Positions 37,301-46,300 of a DNA stretch of 64,000 nucleotides are shown here, piece by piece. Each line of letters opens with the position of its first letter. The stretch's first letter is position 1. This DNA is from Ministeria vibrans ATCC 50519 (lineage: Eukaryota; Protista; Filasterea). Below the pieces are notes generated by a model. It had not been told where the DNA came from. It searched no databases and saw only the letters and a program-made list of their open reading frames with translations. A program made the position numbers and the translations under genes. The stretch is from positions 11,185 to 75,184 of the forward strand of contig CALSCP010002736.1 in NCBI GenBank assembly GCA_943704425.1, written 5' to 3'.

Positions 37301-40300
37301 TCGTCTCCCCGGCGGGCCCTGGGAGTACAACCTGCGTGACGTGCTTCGCTGGTGCGACTGTCTTGTGTCGCGTCCCGACGCCGCTCAGGACCCCGCACGT
37401 TTTGTGGATTTCATTTATGCCCAACGTTTGCGCTCGATCGACGACCGCGAACTTGTCTGGCGTGCGTTCACGTCTGTCTTCCAAGACGTCATTCCCGCCG
37501 AGCAACTTAGCCGATGCCACGAAGACCTTGGTCGTGATCGTTCGCGTCCCTTCTTTCGCCTCAGCGAATCCTTTGTACAGTTTGGCGACGCGTGGGCCCT
37601 GCGTCGCACCAACGACACGTCCACCTCAACCACCCTGCCCGTCGCTTCGTCGTCCTCCTCCTCATCGTCGGCGTCACTGTTGCTGGGCACGGCACTGCGT
37701 CCCCTGGAGCACCTGCTCAAGTGTGTCGAGATGAACTGGATGGCCATTCTTGTGGGCCCCGCTGCTTCGGGAAAGACTTCGCTTGTACGTCTTTTGGCCG
37801 ACGTGCTCGGACGTCCACTGCGCGAGCTTGCTGTCAACGGTAGCACCGACACCAGCGAACTGTTGGGCGGCTTCGAGCAGACCGATGCAGCGCTGGCGGC
37901 TCGTGAAGCCAAGGGAGCGGGACGCCACGCCATGGACGCTGTGTGCTCGTTGCTGCTCACACAGGGTCGCATTGACGAGGCATGTGCTCTGCTCCACGAG
38001 TGGAACACCGTTGGCGGCGCACACGACCATGCGTCGTCACTTGTTGCAATTGCTCAAGTCATGGACCGACTCACGAGTGCACTTCAGAAGAGTGCCAACG
38101 ACGATGACGACAAGAGCACCGACGACGCGTCAGTTGACATGCTTGTGCAAGTCATTGAGCAGTGTCGTATGTTATTGGAGCACGCCACCGAAGTGGCCAC
38201 GCACGGCGCAGGGCGCTTCGAGTGGACCGACGGTGCGTTGGTGCATGCCCTTCAACGTGGCGAATGGCTTCTCATTGATGGTGCTAATCGATGCAGTGCC
38301 GCCGTACTGGACCGTCTCAATGCTCTGCTTGAACCCGGCGGTGTGCTGGAGCTGAGCGAGCAAGGTGTGGTCGACGGAAAGATTCGTCGCATTGCCGCTC
38401 ACCCTGATTTCCGTCTGTTTCTCACGGTTGACCCGCGCGACGGCGAACTCAGTCGTGCCATGCGTAATCGTGGCATTGAGTTGCACGTGGACGCCGTTAA
38501 CACGTCACACTCGCACGACCTTGCGTCGCTTGTGCGCGCTCAGGGTGTTGCCGATCCGTCTCTCGTTGCCTCTCTCGTCGCCCATCACTGTGCGCAGTTT
38601 CGTCCGCATCGTGCTGCGCCGTCGCTTCGCTTGCTCTTGCGCGCCGCCGCCTGGACTGCCTCGGCGGTGTACCAGGGTGTCGCGCCCAAGCAGGCGCTCA
38701 TCAACGCGTGTGATCAGGTGTACGCGTCGCACAGCGACTTTGTGCCCGCCGACGCAGCACATCAACTGCGTGGTCTCACTCCTTGGCATGTGTCGCGCGC
38801 CACGCTCAACCGTGGCACAGCCGCGACACAGACGGTCCTCCGTGACGCTTCTGTGCTCGTCGACATTGTGGTGGCGTCCCACGAGAGACCCGCGCACAGT
38901 GATGACGACGTGACACGGTCATCGGTGCTTCGTCGCGTCCGTGCCGCCGTGGAGTTTTTCTGCTCGCTGGCGTCGCTCAGTGACTGGCGATGCCGCGCCA
39001 CACTGCTGGATCGTCTTGCGGCCGCGACTTATGTGGCCAACGATGACGATGACGAGGCTCGCTCGAACGCTCTACTCATTCGGGATGCACTTGAGTTTGG
39101 GTGCACGTGGTTGCGCCGAGCCGCCACCGAACACACACTCTTGCCACAGGCACAGGCGCACCTGGCACGCGTGCTGGCGTCTCATCCAGCGTTTGCCACG
39201 ACAAAGTCTGTGCAGACGCATTTTCTGTGCGAACAGCCCCTTGACGTACAGGTGAACGGACCCGTATCGCGCTACATTGCTGCGGGTGTGGTGGACGCGA
39301 CGACTGCTGACGCATTTACACAGTATGTTCAGTTGAGCTTGCGCACTCACACACTGCGGTCGCTCGAGGCTATGCTTGCCCAGCAACAAGTCAACGATGC
39401 GCGTGCTCGTGAAGGATCGCTGTGGTGGCAGGCGCTGCGCTGCGACGAGGCGGGTGTGGGTGCAGTGGAGTTGGCGCACCCTGTTGCCGAATGGCTTGTG
39501 CCCGCTGTGCGCTCGGTACGCACACTGGTGCTCACCGCCGTCTCCAATTGCGCTGCTGAGGACTGGTCGTCTGAGCTGGCGCGCGACAGTTTTACCACGA
39601 TGCACGCGTGCCTTGCTCTTCAGTCGAGCTGCAACTCGACTGGCGCGGAGATTGCATTGGACGCGCTTGCAGTCTGCTGGCGTCTCCTGTGCGACGCCAT
39701 TGAGTCACTCGTGGGAAATCGTTCCTCGCTTGTGCTTGACAGCCACCTAGTGGTGGTGGCCGAAAAGCTCGATGCAAGTCTCGGGGGTGTGCGTCATGCG
39801 GCACTGTGGCGCCCCTTCTGGCTGCACGGCGGCCACCCTCGCGGCTTCCGCAGTGTCCAAGCAGCTGAGACCCTGCGTACGCTGGTCGAGGCGAGTGAGC
39901 GATTGCACACACACGCACGCGCCGCCGACGAACGCACGCGAGTCACGGTGAGTCAGTTGCGTGGGAGTCTATGTGACGCCGCTGTGACTGTGTTGCTGTT
40001 GAACGAGCGAGGCGAGGACACGGGCGACGGCTCGGCCTCCCATTTGTTGAGTGAGCTTGCGAGTGTCGCGTCGCTTGTCGATCGTCATTTGGAGCAGCGT
40101 GCAGTTGCGCCCACCATTCTTACGTCGCAACAGGAACAACGACTTAAACAACAGCAACAGCAACAACAAACTGGTTCGGTGACAGCTTTGCGTGGACTTG
40201 GCAGTGACAATCTCAACGACCGAGCGGCAGCCTATGCAGCAGCTCACATTGACGGTGTGCCGGGCAACGCGGACGACGACGACGACGACAATGGTCTCGC

Positions 40301-43300
40301 ATCGATGGCGGCCGTCGCTGAGCGTCTGCGTCAGGTGGCGTACGACGAGGCGGAGCGGTTGCGCCATCTGGTGTTGACACTTGACGAGCGTGCGTTGCAC
40401 GCCGATCTGCTCGCGTGTGTGCTGGAGGCAGGTAAAACTCAGGACGAAGCGTGTCGTGGTGACGGCGGTCCTGTGTTGTTTGGCGATGCCCTTGAGCAAC
40501 GACTGCTTGCCATTGGCGCGCGTGTGCTTACCTGTGTTGAACGACCCGCCCACAGCGCTGCTCCCTACCGACAACTCGAGTGGCGACTCGCGAGTGGACG
40601 ACAGAACACTCGTGATGCCGTGGTGCGCACTAGCACAGCGCTCGAGTGTACCATGGGCGACCAGCACTGGCGTGTGGGCGGACCTCAGGTGGCGACGAGT
40701 GCGTCACAGACGACGCACTTGTTGCCACTCTGTGTGAATGCTCTGGCCGTGCCTCTGGGCGAGCTTCAAGCGAAGAAGATTCAGCTGGAGCAGGTGGTCG
40801 AGCATCTTGAGCGTGCGGCGCCTTCGCTTGTTGCCTGGCGTGTTGACAAGGCCGAGTGGCGCATTCTTGGCGTGTGTTTTGCGCGTGTTCTTCTAGCGTA
40901 CGCTGGCGAGGCAGTTGACGAGACGCTGGCCGAGCAACTGACCGCACTTGCGCGTGGCGATGCGACGCATTTCGACGGTGCTTCGCTTCACCGTGTTCTT
41001 CCCGTCTCGCCCGATTTGAGTGGCAGCGACAGTGTTGCCCAGTGCATTGAGCTCTTTTCGCAACAGATTCACGATGTATCGCTGGAGGAGCACACAAGCA
41101 CGCGTCGTCGTGGACACGTGGGCGTTCATCTTGGGCTGCTTCGATGTGCCCTTGTGCGTCCCGCCAGTGCCGTTGATCCGGCCGTGTTGAACGCGGTGAA
41201 GTTGGCGACGGTCTGTGAGCGCACCGAAGACCTGGAGGCCGAGATTGACGTGCGTCGATGGCACGAGCAGGTCGTTTCGGGTGGCGCATCGAGCACTGCG
41301 GCGATTCGGGAGCGACAAGAGTCGTTGGCCGTGATGCAAGTGGCGCAAAAGGAGTACGAGGAGGACACGACGGTGCGCCCAAATCCGCCAGCCTTCACTC
41401 AGTTGCACCAAACGCTGTCGGTGCACTTGGGCCAGGGTGGCATTGGATCGCTGGAGCGTGCTTGTGCGCTTATGGCGTTGCTCGAGGAAGTCTCTCAGCT
41501 GGTGGTGGCGGAGGATGCGCGCGCGCTCACCGAGGCACTTGCCAAGGAGCGCGTGTGGCAAGATGCACAGGCGGCGCTCATTGTGCGTCTGCGTGATTCA
41601 TTTGCGCTCTATGTGGACATTGTAGAGCCGATTGTGGCGGGACTGGAGCAAGCGCGTGTTGGTATGCGTCTGGTGGCTGCTGTGGCCGCTGCACAGTGTT
41701 TGCGCACGCCCACAACGGCCGCGCTCCTTGGCGAACTGCTCACCGTGGGCTCGTCGTGTCTGTGCAACTCGCGTGCGTCCATTGGGCTGCTCTGCGAAGC
41801 AGCCGTGTCTTTGCTGCACGCCAAGAAACCCGATGCGAGCAGCGGCAAGAAGAACCCGAATCAATATCGCACGCACGAATGTGCGATGTTGCTACTGCGC
41901 ACGGCGCTGGAGCGCGCCATGTGGGTGGCTGGACAGCGCGGTCGTGACGACGAGGAGGCTCGCGAGACGCTGGCGGCCGTCATGACTGTGTACATGGACT
42001 ACTGGCGTGCGTACGAGGCGCAACGACTGGAGCGCGAGGCACGCGAGAGCGAGTTGTACAAGTACACGTCGGGTGGACGCAAGAAGGTGTACGAAGGGGA
42101 CACGGAGGAGGCGGACATTGAGGCGGAGCTGCGTGTGCTTTTTCCGTTGTTTGACGCCGATCTGGCGGAGAACCCGGAGCAGCAGCAGCAAGAGGAGGAG
42201 GAGGCGGCAGCGGCAGACGCAGCGGCCACTTCTGTGATGGACGATGTTGAAGGACGACTGCAGCCACTGGACGACTTTGATGTGGGATTGTTAGTGAATG
42301 CACATGCTCGAGTGTACGGCGATGCGTCTTCCGCTCACGTTGTGAGCCGACCGGACCGTGTGGCGATGCTGGGTACGAGCTACGAGGCGGCCGAGTGTGT
42401 GCAGGCGTGTGCGACCCGTGGCAACACAACAGCCACAACAACCACAATGAGTGAGACGGCGAGTGACTGGTGGCAGTCACCACTGCTGGCATGTGCACAT
42501 CTTGACGACGATGCTTTGCCGGCGCATGCAGTGGCTGCGGCAACGCTGTCGCGTACACTGGACGGTGACGATCTAACCAATGGTTCGGCGTTGCGCTCGT
42601 TGTCAATTCGTCGTGATGAGCACAACAAGAGCGGAGAGTTCAGCTCGAGCGTCGATGTGTATCGGGAGGCGGCGCTGCACGAGGTGCGACGCGCGCGTGC
42701 CGTGCTCTCATCGTTGCGCGAAGGAGCCAACCGGGTGCTGGGCGAGTTTCCCGGTCAGCCACTGGTGCTACGACTGCGCGAAGTCTGCGAACGAGTGGAG
42801 TCGTTTCCCGTTGCAAGTCCTCTCATGCGATTTCTTTTGGGTCTCGAGGCGGTGCTGCGTGCGGGACAAGAGTGGGAAGAGTTTGCGGCGAAGCACGTGT
42901 CGTTGGCGCCCATTATTGCCGACGTAACGGCGATTGTGATGCGCTGGCGACGCTTGGAGCTGCACAGCTGGGCTCTGTTGCTGGACAATCGCGAGACGGA
43001 GTGTCGACGGGCCGCACAACAGCACTGGTTTAATTTGTACATGGCACTTGTGGTGCGTGCGCGCGAGGCAGACGACGTTGGCGAGGCCGATGCGCATGTG
43101 GTGCAGCTCTTTGAGACCATCGAAGGCTTCCTGCGCAACGGCACCCTCGGCGAGTTTTCCATGCGCATGACGCTGGTGCGCTCATTCCACGGCCAGGTGA
43201 GCACGCTGGCACAGAGTCACGGTGTCACTACAACTGTGTGGGCGCGCATTGCGAGTGTGCTTGACAATGCGCTGCGTTTTTACGGACAGTACGCGACAAC

Positions 43301-46300
43301 GGTGCGCGAGCGACTTGCTGCGTCACGCACTCCCATTGAGAAGGAGCTCAAGGGAGCGGTGCAATTGGCGCGATGGCGCGACGTGAACTATTGGTCGGTG
43401 CGCGACCATGCGGAACGGACGCATCGCACGCTGCACAAGTGGTCGCGCAAGTACCTGACGGCCTTGCGACGTCCCATGGCCGAGGCACTCGGTGGCATGG
43501 GCACCATGAGTGACCTGTCACGTGCTGCCAAGGGAGCCGATGAGGTGAAGGAGGTCGAGGCGCAGCCAATTGTGGTTGTGGATGAGCTTGCGGAGAAGCT
43601 GCGTGAGCTAAAGCGCAAAAAGAAGGAACTCATGCAACGCCGCAAGAAGAAGAAAGAAAAGAAGCAAAAGAAGAAGAAGAAGAATGACGAAGGAAAGGAT
43701 GATGATGAAGAAGAAGAAGAAGGGACCGTGGTGAGTGTGTTGGACACGATTGATGCGATTGTAGGACAATCGGAGCGTGTGCTGGGCCGACTCGAGTCGC
43801 TTGTGGCCTCGAGTGCATCCTTGAACAATAGCGGTGACGATGGAGCTGGCGTGTTTTCCGTTGCTCATGTGATTGCCAAGGTGCAACGGTTGTGGCGCAA
43901 CGACCGACTGCTCCCGGCGTGTCCTGAGGCCCATTTGGTGCAGGCCGGCGACATGGCGGAGGAGATTGGATTGCGTGTGCGCTACTTTTCGTCGTGGGTG
44001 TTCAAGGATCCACGGCCGACACCCGGTGTGAACATGAGCAATGTGGAGGAGGCGCGCACGGAGCGACGACGCGTGCGCAAGGTGCGCAAGACGGCCGAGC
44101 GGCATATGGACGCGCTCAAGCGCAAGGCACTGGCACATCTGTTGCGTCAGCTGCGTGCAATGGGTCTGTCGTGGCGGTCGCGTCAGGCGGTGTCGTTCCG
44201 AGACGCAGCACAATTGCGAGCGCCCGCACTGCACGATCCCACTGCTCCTGTGGCTCTGCGAGTGAGTCCCGAGCGCGCGCGTGAACTGTGCGAGTCGCAC
44301 TCGAACGAGGCCGACACCTTGTTCTATCGTGCGCTGGCGGGCACTGCGACCATGCGCGTGGCCTTTACACAGCCACACAGCGATATTTTGGCGAATGCTT
44401 TGTCGCAAAAGTGTCTCGGGTACGTCGAGGATATGCTTGCCATGATGCTGCAGCAGCGACGTCTTGTGTCGGACATGTCTGTGGCGGCGCGTGCGTCCGC
44501 TGCACGTCTTACTGCATTGGAACATGCTGTAGATGATGGGAGTAGTGCGGTGTGCGACGCACCCTATGTGGTGCGCACGCACTGGGTGGATGCACGCAAT
44601 GCTGTTGCGCGTGTCTACGACGCCCTGGAGCAGGCGGCTGTGGTGGTGGAGACGGCACGACTTGCACCATTGGGTGTTGTGCTTGCGGCCCTGGGAGACG
44701 CAAGTGGACGCGTATCGCGTGTACTGCTGCAGCCGATGCCCACCCAGCTGATTATGGTTGCGCACCATGGACTCACGCGTCTCTGCGGCGCATTGGACGA
44801 GGCTGTGGCTACGTGTGTACAGCTTGAGGCGACGCTTGGCGCTGGTGTGGTGGCTACGGGGAGTCTTGCAGCGCGTGTGCTCGGTGACATTGTTGCGGCG
44901 GCTCAAGATTGTGTCAGTGTGCGTGCTCGTGTGACTGCGGCCCTGCAACAGCAGCAGCAGGAAGAGGAGGAAGGGGAGGAGGAGGAAGTGGAGCAGCTTC
45001 AACGTGCTGTGGTGGAGCAAGTGATGGTTGCGCATCAGCGAGTGCAGAGCATTATGCAGGCGCGTGTCAGAGAGGAGAAGGAGCGTGTGGCCAAGGAAGC
45101 CAAGCTTACACGCGACGATGGTGACAAACCTGACGCTGAGGCTGAGGCCGAGGCTGAGGCTGAGCGAGTGGTGTCGTTGCGGAAGACCCAGGCGCATTTT
45201 GCCGCGTTGTGGCGTGGAGTGCGATCGAGTGTGGTTGCGGAGCGCATTGAGGCCTTTGCGCGTGGCGTCGAGAAGAAGAGACACACGAAGAAGGACATGA
45301 GCGTGTCGATTGTGCGTGTGCGTGCGGTTGCAGAACAGCATGCGTTGCTTGTGGAGCGCGTCCTGTGTGAGTTTGTGGCGCACCATGTGGGCTGTTGTCG
45401 ACTGGCACGAGTGATGCTGGGGGTATTCACTGAGCTGGCACACAAGGGGTTCTGTCGAGCGGAGGCGGAGGCAGACGAGAGTGGCGATGAGGAGGAGGGA
45501 GCCGGTGGGAAGGGACAGCTTGAGGTGGATGGCACCGGGATGGGAGAAGGGACGGGCAAGAAGGATGTGAGTGACGAGATTGACAATGAGGGACAGGTCG
45601 AAGGGCTCGAAGGCGATGAGAAGCAGGACGGTGATGAGGAGGAGCAGGAGCAGGAGGAGCAGAGCAAGGAGGATAAGGAAAAAGGGTTGGACATGACGAA
45701 TGACTTTGAAGGCGATTTGTTTGATATGGATGGCAATGATGAGCAGGAGGAGCGAGACGAAGAGGCGTCGGAGGACGAGCTGGATGAGCAGATGGCGGAG
45801 GATGGACTTGATGAGGAGACTGCGGATGCCGTGGATGAGAAGATGTGGGGCGACGACAGTGACGATGAGCAAATGGATGTGGAGGAGGAAAACCGGGAGT
45901 TGGGCAAGGGAGTGGATGATGAGAAGAGAGATGTTGAGATGGGAGCAAAGCCGGAGGAGGAAGAAGAGGAGGAAGGGAAGAGGAAGAAGGAGGAGGAGAA
46001 GGAAGAGGAGGGAGCGATGGACAAGGATGATACGCGCAAGGGGGAGGAGCATGGCAAACCGGAGGAGAAGAATGAGGAAGGGGAAGAGGAGGATGAGGAG
46101 CGGGTGAAGGAGGAGGAGTATGATGAAGATCGGTACTTGAATCCGGAAGACAAGGGAATGGCGTTGGAGGATGAAGAGGATGTGGAGGCGAAGGAGGGAG
46201 AGGAGGAGAAGGAAGAGGAGGAGGGAGAGGGAGAGGGAGAGGGAGAGGACATGGAGCTTGAGGATGCAATGGACGTGGATGGAGAGGAGAAGGAAGGTGG